Below are positions 35,808-48,300 of a stretch of DNA of 64,000 bases, piece by piece. A model generated the notes under the pieces. That model had not been told where the DNA came from. It ran no database searches and was given only the letters and a program-made list of their open reading frames with translations. Position numbers and translations under genes: made by a program. Position 1 is the first letter of the stretch. Each line of letters opens with the position of its first letter. Source of the stretch: Octopus sinensis (taxonomy: Eukaryota); contig NC_043010.1 of NCBI RefSeq assembly GCF_006345805.1, positions 3,782,001-3,846,000 of the forward strand. Reading direction: 5' to 3'.

Positions 35808-38204
35808 TTGATAGGATTCTGGTGTTATATTTTGAAAATGTACTCCAGATGATGATCCTTTCCAACTCTGACCAGGTTTATATATAGAATGAGGATCTCT
35901 TCTTAGTGAGCCTGTTTGAGTGTTTCTGACTTGTTTCTGATCGGATAAAATTCCTACTGGAACATCATATTTTGGTGATGCTTGTTCACATACATATCCT
36001 GATGGCCTTCTTTCACCGACAAAGTCCTGGGCCACACCATACTGGTTTTCTTTTACATTCCGTTTGTGGACAACACATACAATCACAGAAACTACAATAG
36101 CAACAGACACTATTACTGCAGCCACAACTATGATGATCATCAAGTTAATATGTATTCTGTTGTCTGATTCTGTGTCTTCAGGTTTGTCCATTCTGGCTGT
36201 TGTGTTGCTAACAGTTAGTGTCAAAGACAGTGTAGTTGTTGCTGATAAAACTGGTGTACCACTGTCTTTGACAACTAAATTTAAAGTATATAATCCAGCA
36301 TCATTTTGGTAAACTGTACGAGAAAAAGACAGAAGTCCTGTGTAAGGGTTAACTTTGAATAAATGTTTGTCATTGCCTTCAAGTATTTCATACTTGAGGA
36401 AGGAATTAACATGTTCATCTCTGTCAGAAGCTCTTAATGTTGTGATGACACCCTTACTTTGTGGATGGTAATAGACATACAGATTGAAAGGGTTAACACT
36501 AGGAAATGTAAAATATGGAACATTGTCATTTTTATCCATAACTTCAATAATTACATTGGCTTCGTTATTTAGTGGCGGTATTCCGTTATCTTTCACAAAA
36601 ACCTTGAATTTATATATTTCTTGTTGTTCACGATCTAGAGATTGTGTTGTTGAAATAAATCCTAAATGGGAAATTTTAAAAGCATGGGTTTGTTTGCTAT
36701 TTTCCAAGTGGTACATAAGTTTACCACCGGAATCCAAATCCTCGTCTGTTGCATTAATGAAACCAATAGGAAAATTTGCTTCTTCATTTTCATATGTAAA
36801 AAATGTAAAGATGTCTTTGATAAACTCTGGTTGAATATCATTAACATCATCTACTTGAATAGAGAATTGTTTGGCTGTTTTTAAAGGTGGTGATCCTCTA
36901 TCTTGGCAGACTATTGTGAAATCTATGTTGTTTTTTGTTTCTCTATCAATTGTTTTCTTAATTATCAGCATATACTTCTTTCTCCCATGATTCTTAAGCT
37001 GTAGTTTATCATGATGAAGGTGACAGCTAATTTCACCATTTTCGCCAACATCATTATCAGTGACCTTTACATACGCAATAAAACTATCAACTTTTACTCC
37101 CTCTGAAATACTGGGTGAATCTCCAGCTGATTTTGATATAAAGCTGATATCTATATCAGGCGGATTATTCTCTTGACTATTTATATTCACTAAAACCATA
37201 GCAACTGAGCTCAAAGATGGATTTCCTCCATCCTTGGCTTTAACAAATAATTTATATGTCCTTTTTGATCCAGGTGGAAACTTTTGAAGTTGCCAGATTT
37301 CTCCTGTTGATTCATTTAATTTAAAATAGGCTCTGGCACTCTCTGATGTTTTGGAACTGAACTGGAACATTACTTTACCATTTTCACCAGAATCTAAGTC
37401 AGTTGCTGATAAAGTGACTATAGGCATTGATCTTTGATAACTATTTTTGATAGAAACATTGTAAATATTTTGGGAGAAGATAGGGGAATTGTCATTTTCA
37501 TCTCGAACTGTTATTTGAATATTTAGAACACCTTCTTTAGGGGGATGGCCACCATCTTTTGCAATAACTTGAAGTTGATAAGAATCTTTTAATTCTCTAT
37601 CAAGTTTTTCTCGTAAAATAATACCAAGTTTGGAAGTACCATCCATATTTTTTGAAACTGATAAGGTGAAAAGATTACTATTATTGTTCTTTAGGAAGTA
37701 TGATATCTGTGAATGCAGCAATCCTATATCTCTGTCAATGGCATTTGGAATAGCTTTCATCATACCTTCCCGATCACCTTCAGAAAATTCTAAATTTATA
37801 TTTTTATTTAGAAACTCAGGTTGATGTTCATTAATATCCTGAATAACAATTTTTATTTCTAAAACTTCAACAAAAGATTCTTTTTGATGAATTGCTACAT
37901 CCACCATTCTAAAACATTCCATGTTATATTTACATAAGATTTCAGCATCAATTGTCTTAGCAGTGTAGAGTTTGCCAGTCTTAGTAACATTGAACAACTG
38001 AGAACTGTCAGTCTTTTCTCCTGGCAGTTGACTAAATGAGATAAAATTTCTGTATTTATTTAGAACATTGTCCCATAACTGTGCATCAGCAGCAATATTG
38101 GCAACAAGTGAATTTGAGGTTTGTCCATCTTTAACATAATAAGTAAGATTCACACAAAGAGACGAAGCTAAACAAAATAGAAGTATGCATAACTCTAATT
38201 CCAT
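35808..38204 (-). CDS. Pcdh: Protocadherin, large coding exon 1 (signal peptide, EC1-EC6, TM, proximal tail; codons 1-799)
   Basis: 808-aa ORF with a hydrophobic N-terminus (MELELCILLFCLASSLC) and six cadherin repeats (DxNDN-type linkers DENDNSP, DVNDIQP, DKNDNVP; AxDxD; DRE; KDGG). EC1 carries C-X5-C (CKYNMEC). TM is LMIIIVVAAVIVSVAIVVSVIVCVV. A phase-0 donor CAA|GTAAGC follows Q799 (GT at 35807-35806). The symbol is family level only. Confidence 0.97.
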
Positions 38205-38291
38205 GTTAATTTTACTGTGGCTTTTCCATCTGTGGAAAATATCAAGTTGAAATATTCTTTTGAAAATAATTGTATAATGTCTGAAATGAAA
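38205..38291 (-). promoter_or_regulatory. 5'-UTR part of the large exon: tandem 3' splice acceptors and a 5-codon uORF
   Basis: tttcatttcag| (AG 38282-81), ttttccacag| (38231-30) and ccacag| (38216-15). uORF ATG GAA AAG CCA CAG TAA at 38229-38212 ends 7 nt before the main ATG. This implies an upstream non-coding exon, which I could not locate. Confidence 0.5.
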
Positions 38292-40674
38292 ATTTAAAAG
38301 AAAGAAAGCATGTATAAATTTGTTGTAAGATTCAAATCAAATTATGTATCAACTTTTTAAACAATTATTTTCCTTGCCTCACAAAAACAACTTCCAATTA
38401 ATACTTTCATGTATCGTCATGAAACATTAATTTGCTGCCACGCTGAGGCTGGTTATTCATAAGGACATATAATTTGTACATGCCAAAAAGCACATATACA
38501 TGTATACATGTAAATATTTATGTGTGTGTGTGTTTACACACATATATATTTGTGTGTATGCATGAACTTGTACGTTTGTATATAAACAATTATATTGTGG
38601 AAGAGACAATTTAGCTATTTAAGAACACAAACTATTATGTTCATTTTTAGTTTATTTCTAATGGTATATTCTATTATAGATTGTAATAATAAACTGTATT
38701 AACAAGAAATAAATGCAAATGAGGCTAAAATGACCCTTTCATGGTGTAATTGTTTCAGTTTCAATAGACACTCTGATAAGATCAGTTGCAAAACAAGTAC
38801 AGTGCCAACACACACATGCACACACACACACATGCATAAATAGAGAGGAGTCAAAAATGTGTTTGTAACGTAATAAATGTAAATATATTAATTATCAGAA
38901 ATTAAACATTTTATTTCATTTCTAATCTTGTTGCAGGATTTTATGTGTAGATTATTGCCAGTTTTATTGTTATATTCATGGAAGATGTAATCATAATTTG
39001 TTACAGTGTTCTTAGAAATATCTCTGATCATAGCCATGTGCCAACTGAAGAATACAATAGACACTCTTGCATGCTTTACTTTGCAGAAATAGAAGTAATT
39101 GAGGCTGAGGAAATGTAGATGAGGCATACTGCTGGATGGTGACGAGAACTCAAGAGTATTTATATTTAATGTTTAGTACAATATTGCAGTAAATAAGTAT
39201 AATTTATCTTCAAAATAAATTGAAATTTATTTCCTTTGTTCATAGAATTTCATAAATTCTTTTACTCTATATTCTGATAAACAGCAATCCGCAAAAGACT
39301 GTTTTTAAATAATTGTTAATAGAGGAATCAGACAAAACAAATTATATTTATATCATTATTGGTTCATCAAGTTTATTCTATTATTGTTTTAGATTGTCTG
39401 TTTTGCTCATGAGTATATCATTATGACAAATTAAAATTGTCACCAAATTGGTTTTATTCCATTGTGTCAATATTTGGCACTTCTTTGCTCTCTCATTTTT
39501 TTACATTATTTTACTCTTTCTCTCTGTCTTTGTTGTTGTTCCATTATTTACAAAGAAAATATCTTTTCTTTCTTTTTTTTTTTACAAATAACTGTTCCAG
39601 AACAAAAGGTTTCCATGTTCCATTTTTAGTTCTTGATAATTATAATTCTAGCATTTTATGATGAAAATAATAATTCAAAAATAGAAAGAAAAGTGCTATT
39701 GAAAAGCTTTACTGTTGTTATGAAGAACAATACTAGTCTCTGGTTCTTATATTCCACATAGATATCTTTAGAGAATAAAAAGAAAACAGAAAAATATATA
39801 AACAGTCACAAACACTAAACAAATGAAAAAAAAAGGTAATTTAATTATATCTGAGATAAACCAAACCACATAAAGTATTCCTCTGTTGAAACTTTAATTG
39901 AATTTTGATGGGAGTAACAAAAAGAATTACAATACAATAATGCAAAACAAATCTTAAAAGTAAATTGAGTTGTATTTCTTTTTTTTAGACTAATTAAATA
40001 TTTTCTCAATTTTTCCTCTCATTTTGAAGCCAAACATATTCCTCGTGATCAATGAAATGTGTCGCTTTGTTCAATAACTGACCTATTGATTACAAGAAAA
40101 ATTAGTTGAAATTTCTAAAGAAAAGACATCAATATTTTCTCTTAATCTTTAGTGAATAAAATTTTCAGACATAAAACCAATACAACATCACAAATTGTCA
40201 GTTTTCATCTTTCTTTAAACTAATTTATCATTCAATACACAAATACTGCCAGAAATAAAAGCTTACTTGATATATATATATGAAACAGATATTAAAACTC
40301 ACATAATTCTTCTAGTGTCTAATCTTGCAGATATAACACATATAAACATTTACATAAAAGAAGCAATATTAAATTTTCTTCTACTATCTTACACATACAT
40401 AGACTGCAAAATGATTGTAAGAAATATGTTGTATGCGGATAGGTATCAAATGAAATAAATATTGGTTTAGCTGTATTTAATAAGAGTATGTGTTGTATAT
40501 ATGTATATTTATTGAATGCATATGTATGTAGGTATAAAACTGTGCAGGTGTCGATTAATATCTCTCCTCTCTTGACCTCACTCTCTCTAACATACATACA
40601 TAATTATATAGATATGAGTGTATGTATATATATATATATATATGGAGAAGATTGAAAAGTAACACACGAGTTGA

Positions 40675-40985
40675 TATATATGGAAAAAAGAGTCAAGGTA
40701 GAGAATGCTAAAATTATTTTATAAAAAGCATTTCAGTACCGGTTTCAATCAAACCCACAAGAGTAAACAAGAGAGACAGAGACAGGCAGATACAAGGAAA
40801 ATGCCCCTTGTATTTGAATACTATGCAAATATTCTTTAAAAAAACATTTCTTTTAATTTTTCCAAAATTTAATTGTTTTCCATACTTACAGTTGAAAAAG
40901 TCTCAATGGCTGAAACCGGTACTGAAAGGTTTTTTTATAAAATTACTTTAGCATTTCCTACCATGACTATTTTTTCCATATATAT
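40675..40985. mobile_element. Fold-back element with ~70-bp TIRs embedded in (TA)n
   Basis: tatatggaaaaaagagtcaaggtagagaatgctaaaattattttataaaaagcatttcagtaccggtttca (40675-40747) is the reverse complement of 40911-40985. The 17-bp core is perfect. Confidence 0.8.
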
Positions 40986-43489
40986 ATATATATATATATA
41001 TCTTTCCTTCTTCCCTGAGCATCCAATAATACTATACTTGTTCCATGTCCTCGTGTTGTGTTTTCTCTTTGTGTTTTCATGTTTGGATTAACTATATATA
41101 CATACATATACATATATATGCAGAACATGTATACACATGTATAAATAGGTTTATATATACGCATGTGTTTTTGTGGGAGTGTGTGTATATATATGTACTT
41201 TCATTTATACACATATATGCTTAAATATATATATATATATAAAGTCTCTTTCAAGACACAGTAGTCATTTTCCAATGTCCACTTATTACCAAGTGACTGG
41301 CAAAATTGAAAAAAAAACACATTCACAAGAGAAATAGGAGAACATACACAGATTATGACCCTAATATTTATAAATTATCATTATCACGTGAGTATTTATT
41401 ATATACACAGACACACATATGCATATATGCATATATATCTATTGACATACATATTTCAATCTATATGTGTGTGTGTATACATATGTACACTCACTCACAC
41501 ACACACTTACACACACACACACATACACACACACGCATACACATATATATGATATGTATTATACATATATATTTATGTATTAAATTAAATTTATATATAT
41601 TTGTGTGTGCATGTATATATATTATATATATATGATATATACATATGCAATCTCTCTCTCTCTATATATATATATATGTATATATACAATGCTGAAAGAA
41701 AGAGAAATAATTTTAAAAATTTCTGATGGCATGAATTTGGCTAATTAAGTTAAATAGGGGTTTATTGACTGACATACAATAAATTTATTAAAATTTCTCA
41801 CTAATTAAAAGACAGTAAACAGAAATATAATGGCTTTCATTATTGACTCTTGAAAAGAAGGAGGACATAATTTTAGGAGATTAAAAATAGATTCTTGAGC
41901 AGATTTTCATGCTTGAGAAACTACATTTTGATCTTCTGTTGCAAATAGAGGAGTATAGACATGCCTATCAGTCTGTTTACTGACCTTATCAAGATTGTTC
42001 AGTCCCCTTTAGCCTACTAGTCTGCTTTTTGCAATTTTACATACAGCTATAGAGTTTTTCATCAAGGCTAATTTGCATAATTAAAAGTAAAAGTATTTTA
42101 AAGGAATAACATATATTGGCCAACAGCATGAAAATGAATTAGGACAGGCAAATTATGGTGTGAAATAAAAGAATGCCCTACATGATAACTTCTCAATTCA
42201 CTGAAATCCCACCCACCCCCTGAGATAGAAATAGACAGAAAATAATACTCATCTCAGGAAATAGAGTAGATAATTTCAGGGAATTAAAAATATAATCACA
42301 AGGAAATTTGCTTGCTAGGAAATGTGTGTGTGTGTGTATGCTTACACCACACCAAGGACCCACCTCTGAGTCAAATCTATGGTCTAAATTAGATTTGCAT
42401 ATCTACGATATCCTACTGACACTTAAGGTATTCTATGTTGTTTATTTCAATGTTAGCTCTATGTATTGATAACTAACCAAATCTGGTGTCCAATAAGTTG
42501 ATGAACCTTGATTTTCATGAATTCATAAAACAAAATCATATGCATACATACACACACACACACACACACACACAGAGAAAGAGAGAGAAATATGCACTTT
42601 TATGTAATCAAGTGATATATTCCTTGTTATGGCATAGAACAAATCAGACAGTTACCATTGGTTGTATGCAATAACCAAGGATATACTACTTGACTTGCAT
42701 AAAAGTATAACTGAACAAAATTTCTTTTAGAGGGGTTTTTTTTTCTGACTATGGACAACAGACCAACAGGTGTGTGTGTGTGTATGTGTATAGACAGATA
42801 TTGATATAGATAGATACATATTGCTAAAAGTATTTACATATTCGTATAGTACAATTTAAAGCTTATATTGCACAGCAAGGAACCAGTATTTAGCAACGTG
42901 TATTCCCATGTGTGTTACTGTACTCTTACCAATTAATATCAATCCAAACTTTATGTATGTCTTCAAGTACATGTAGAGAGTGTTTATAAGATAATTAGTT
43001 ACATCATTTTATGAATATTTCATTAACAAAAAATTAATAGTTACATAAGATAAATTACATAATCAAGATGTATCTCTACCTTGGTTATTTCTGTGAACAA
43101 TTCAACAATCCAGTAGTGTTATGTGTAATGGTTATATGTAGCTGAAGATTTGACAATATATTTTGATAATGTAATTTATATTATGTAAATAATAATCATT
43201 TTTTTTTGTTAATCAAACATACATAAACTAGTGTAATTAAATATCATGTAGACAATCTCTTATTTTGTTTTATTTTCTGTATGTGTGTGTGTGTGTGTGT
43301 GTGTGCGCACTCACATCTATACATACATAAGTATACACGCAAACATACATGTGTGTGTGTATACATGTGTTATAACCCATGCCAGCATGGAAAATGGGTG
43401 TTAAAATGATGATGCTTATATATGAATATATTTTCGTAGACATATATTTACTATATATATATTTATACATATGTTATATACATATTGTA

Positions 43490-43915
43490 TTTTTTATCTT
43501 TTACTTGTTCCAGTAACCAGATTGTGGCTATGCTGGAGCTCTGCTTTGAAGGGTTTAGTGTAACTAACCGGTCCCTGTACTTATTCTGTCAGCTTCTTAT
43601 GCTGGGCTGCTAAGTCATGGGGAAGTAAACAAAGCAATACTGATTGTCAAGAAGTTGTAGAGGCCAAACACGAACACAATGACACACGAATATACACAAA
43701 TATACATTTATATATATATGTGTGTACATTTATGCATTTATATATATGTATGTGTACAACGGCCTTCTGTCAGTTTCTGTCAACTAAATCTGACCACAAG
43801 ACTTTGGTTAGCTTGGGGGCTATAGTAGAAGACACTTACACAAGGTGCCAGTTTGAGGGACTGAACCCAGAACCATGTGGTTGGGAAGCAAATCTCTTAC
43901 TACACAGCTAAACCT
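43490..43915 (-). mobile_element. Family B SINE, diverged, near full length
   Basis: ttttacttgttccag...gctggagc...gaagacacttac...ggactgaacccagaaccatgtggttgggaagc. Confidence 0.82.
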
Positions 43916-44780
43916 GTGCTAATATAATGGTTTCGAATTTTGGCACAGGACCTGCAGTTTTTGAGGAGAGGGAGAAGTTGATTTCATCAACTACAGTACT
44001 TAATTGCAACTTATTGTACTGACTCCGAAAGGATGAAAGGCAAAGTCAACCTCAATGAAATTTGATAAAATGCATATAATAATAAATGCAATAATATATA
44101 TAGATTGTGTGTGTGTGTGTGTGTGTGCATCTATGTGAATGTATGTCATATACTCTCTGATGAACAACTATGTGTGATTTGGTTCCTGTAGGCAATTCTG
44201 TCCAATTTTTTTCATTGTCAGTGGGTATCTAATATATAAGGAATAATCATTTATAATTCTGTTTGCATTGTAGTAGCTTCTTAAATAGTTATTTTCAAAT
44301 TCTGAAATGTTGCCATTGAATCAAATGGAAATATTTACCCTCTAGCTACCCAAGATCAAGCTAGTGATATCACAGTCTGAAAGCTGTCAAGTCACTTTGT
44401 AGTTATGTGATCATGGTTACTACATCACATTTGAAAGAAATGTAGTTCAGTTCCTATTGGTGATTATGTCCAACTAATTCTGTCTGTAAGGAGCTTCTAG
44501 CCAGCTATAACAAACTATTGTTTACAGTTCTGTTTGCAATGGAGCAGCATCCAATGTGTGTGTATGTATGTATATATATATATATATATAGTATATACAC
44601 ACACACATATACATACACACATATATGTATGATTGTATGCACAAAAATTTATGTCTATAGATTGATATAAATTTCTACACTTGCATGCATGCAAATGTAT
44701 GTGAGTGCATGTGTATACATACATACATGCATAAATCCATATGAGCCTAGATTAATGTACTAGTATACAAATGTGTGTCC

Positions 44781-44813
<33 letters not shown>

Positions 44814-45099
44814 AACATAAATGCCCCATAATTGAATGAGATTTAAATTATGATGGATGTTTGTGATTATATCTATAGAAAAATTTGAATTGTATACAAC
44901 AAAATTTCTATTTCTGTGTATTTGTCATTATATATTTGTATGTGCATTTTCCTCAAATACAAAAATGCATTCAAACAAATCTACATCTGAAAATGATAAC
45001 GTTATGTGATACATATATATTCATACTCAGTGACTGTCAAAAGAAAATGTTTTATCAACCTACTCATCATTATCTTTCTCTTTTACTCCCTGTCAATAG

Positions 45100-45267
45100 T
45101 CTCTAGTAACATATGTATGTACACACACACACATGTTTACATATAAGTATGCATGTGTGTGTGTGTATATGTGTATATGTATGTATATATATATATATAT
45201 GTATGTGTATGTATGTATATATATATATCTATATCTATCTATATGTATATATGTATGTATATATATA

Positions 45268-45336
<69 letters not shown>

Positions 45337-46351
45337 CACACATGCACTCATACAAACATACATGCAGTTTAAAATATATGTCATGAATATACATTATATT
45401 ATCTTCATCATTTGTTGCTTACTCGTTTCAGTTATTGGACTTTGGTCATACTGGAGCTCTTCCTTAAAGTGCCCCTTAAAGAAATAGATCTGTGTTCATT
45501 CTCTTGGTTTCTTTTGCTGAAGCCTTAAGTTACAGGGATGCGAACAAGGAAACATTAGTTTTCAAGCAGTGGAGCCAGTAGTATACATGCGCGTGTGCAT
45601 GTATACACACCATGGTCTTCAACACAGTTTCCATCTAACAAATATATTTGCAAAGCATGGGGCTATATTAGAAGAAACTTGCCTGTGATGTTGTGCTGTG
45701 GGATTGAACTTGAACCCAGTAGCTGTAAAGTGGGCTTCTGAACCACACAGTCATGCCTGCTTCTATATATATAAATATCTTTGTATGCACACACAGGCAC
45801 ACATATTTTTATACATTAATATCATCAGACATAGGTGCTCACATTCATAATTATAATGTTATGCCAATAAGCCATTTAAAGAGAATTATATTCACACATC
45901 CACACAAACAAATGTTTATAAGTTCAGAGACATATACTAATACACCTATATGGTAGTAAGTTAGAAACTTGTGCATAAACAGACTCTCTCCCATGCACAA
46001 ATACACACAAACTCATACAAAGACACATACACGTGTTTATGTATGTACACATGAATAGATGTATGTGTAAGCATATGTTTGTGAGTGAGTTTATATATAT
46101 ATGCGCACACACACATATTTATGTATGTATATATATATATATGTGTGTGTGCGTATGTGTGTGTATATACACACAAACATACATATATATGCACATGAAT
46201 ATATAAATGTATATATACATGTGTGTGTATATGTGTGTATATACACAATACTCACATTTATATACATGCATATATATAAATCTATCTATCTATCTATATA
46301 TACATATATATTATATATATATATGTGTGTGTGTGTGTATATGTATATATA

Positions 46352-46387
<36 letters not shown>

Positions 46388-48130
46388 GATATATAAATGT
46401 TTGTATGCATATATATATGTGTGTGTGTGTATATGTATACATATATATATATGAATGTATATACATACACACACACACACATATACATACACATGTACAC
46501 ACACTAACACATGCTTATATATGAATGTATGTATGTATATACATTATAATGCAGGTGAGGCTTTGACTTTTCTCTGAGTAATTTTGCTTATATATCAAAA
46601 CAAACAGATATACAGTTTAACTCACATAGCTGCAGCAACTAATTCATATACTCAAAGAAGCATAAATATACATAAACATATATTACTTCTAATACTTTAT
46701 ATAATGTTACTAGATGCTATTCAATTCACATATTATTCTATTCTGTTTTTCTCTTTTGAAAGTATGTAATATTCTTTTAAAAAATTTAAAAGTGTGTTTA
46801 AACAAAACCACAAAGCTAAATTAATTAGTATTTCTGGAAGCAAAAATTGTTTTTCCGTGTATCAAAGTAAGATAGAAAATTGTAAAACAAAGAAATATAA
46901 AAAAAAACAACTCTAAGAAATTTAAACATTAGCTTACCAATATATGAAAAGCTTTCACAATGTATCATTTGATGTGAATCCTACTGTCGGGTTGTTCTGT
47001 TACTGCTGCTGATATTGTGTGCCAACGGTACTATGGAAGCCTGGTCTGTGATAGTGTGTTATGAAAGAGAAGTCTGCAATCCTAGCAAGTTGGTGGGGTG
47101 TAGTATATAATATCTGCTGTAGCCAATGACAGGCTTTTACTGGTTCCCATGGAAGGGATACGGAAATACTAGCTCAGATTTCAGCTGCGTATAAGTGGAT
47201 TTAATGAAATGATGAGTCAGTTATAATTGTTTATGGACACATATATACACACAGACACACACACACACATATATATTGCATATATATCAATATCCTGTAC
47301 ATATCTATATCATAAACATATATACATAAATGTGTGTGTATACATACACACACACACACATGCATATATATATATATATATATATGTATGTACACACACA
47401 CAAATGTATATCATCATCATCATCATTTACTGTCAACTTATCCAGTGTTGCATGGGTCAGACAAATTTTGTTGGGGCAGATTTACCTTAGCTGGATACTC
47501 TTTCTGTGGCCAACCCTCATCTATTTCTAAGCAAGGTAATATTTATCCCTGGCTGAACATGTTTTCATGTATGATTGGAAATGAATAATGCCATAGCAAA
47601 ATGGTGATGTTTAGATTATGAGAGAGAGAGAGACACACACACACACACAATGTGCTTCTTTCAGTTTTCATCAAGCAAATCCACTCACAAGTGTTTGGTT
47701 GTCCTGACACTATAGCACAAGACACTTGCCCAACATGTCAGACAGTGGGATTGAACACAAAACAATGTATTTGAAAATCAAGCTTCTTAATCAGAAAGCC
47801 ATGGGACAGAGCCCATGGTGTTTGCAGGCCCTCTGAGACTGGTGAGATCGATGCTGTTAGTGCTCTGTTTAAATGGGTGGATGTCAGCATCTTTGGAAAA
47901 GCACAACCAGGGAGGAGATTACCGATGATGATGCATCGAGGTGCAGTGGTATTGGAGTAGCAATGGAAAACTCAGCACGGGGTTGAAAGGAATTATATAT
48001 GTGTATGTGTGTGTGTGTGTGTGTGAGAGAGTGAGAGAGGGAGAGAGTCTTTGGGAGTTGATTTGTTCAACTAAACCCTTTCAAAGCAGTGCCCCAGCAT
48101 GGCTCCAGTCCAATGAATGCAACCAGTGAG

Positions 48131-48215
<85 letters not shown>

Positions 48216-48233
48216 GCTGTACACACACACACA

Positions 48234-48289
<56 letters not shown>

Positions 48290-48300
48290 TATGACTGTTT
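45100..48300. repeat. Region dominated by compound (TA)/(TG)/(CA) microsatellites with degenerate B SINE pieces (45410-45760, 47640-47800, 47990-48130)
   Basis: Directly visible. It generates the many YI/HT/CV pseudo-ORFs. Confidence 0.9.

Noticed and set aside
36064-37824. Short ORFs overlapping the Pcdh exon (36064+, 36484+, 36662-, 36666+, 37630+)
   Set aside because: Antisense or alternate-frame shadows of a long coding exon, with no independent features.
38900-39170. Strong plus-strand acceptor (tttcatttctaatcttgttgcag|, 38936) suggesting an antisense exon near the Pcdh start
   Set aside because: All frames close quickly and no matching donor or promoter is evident. It cannot be supported without RNA data.
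42071-42400. Two octamer ATTTGCAT motifs upstream of Pcdh
   Set aside because: About five copies are expected by chance in 64 kb at this AT content, and several others occur elsewhere in the window.
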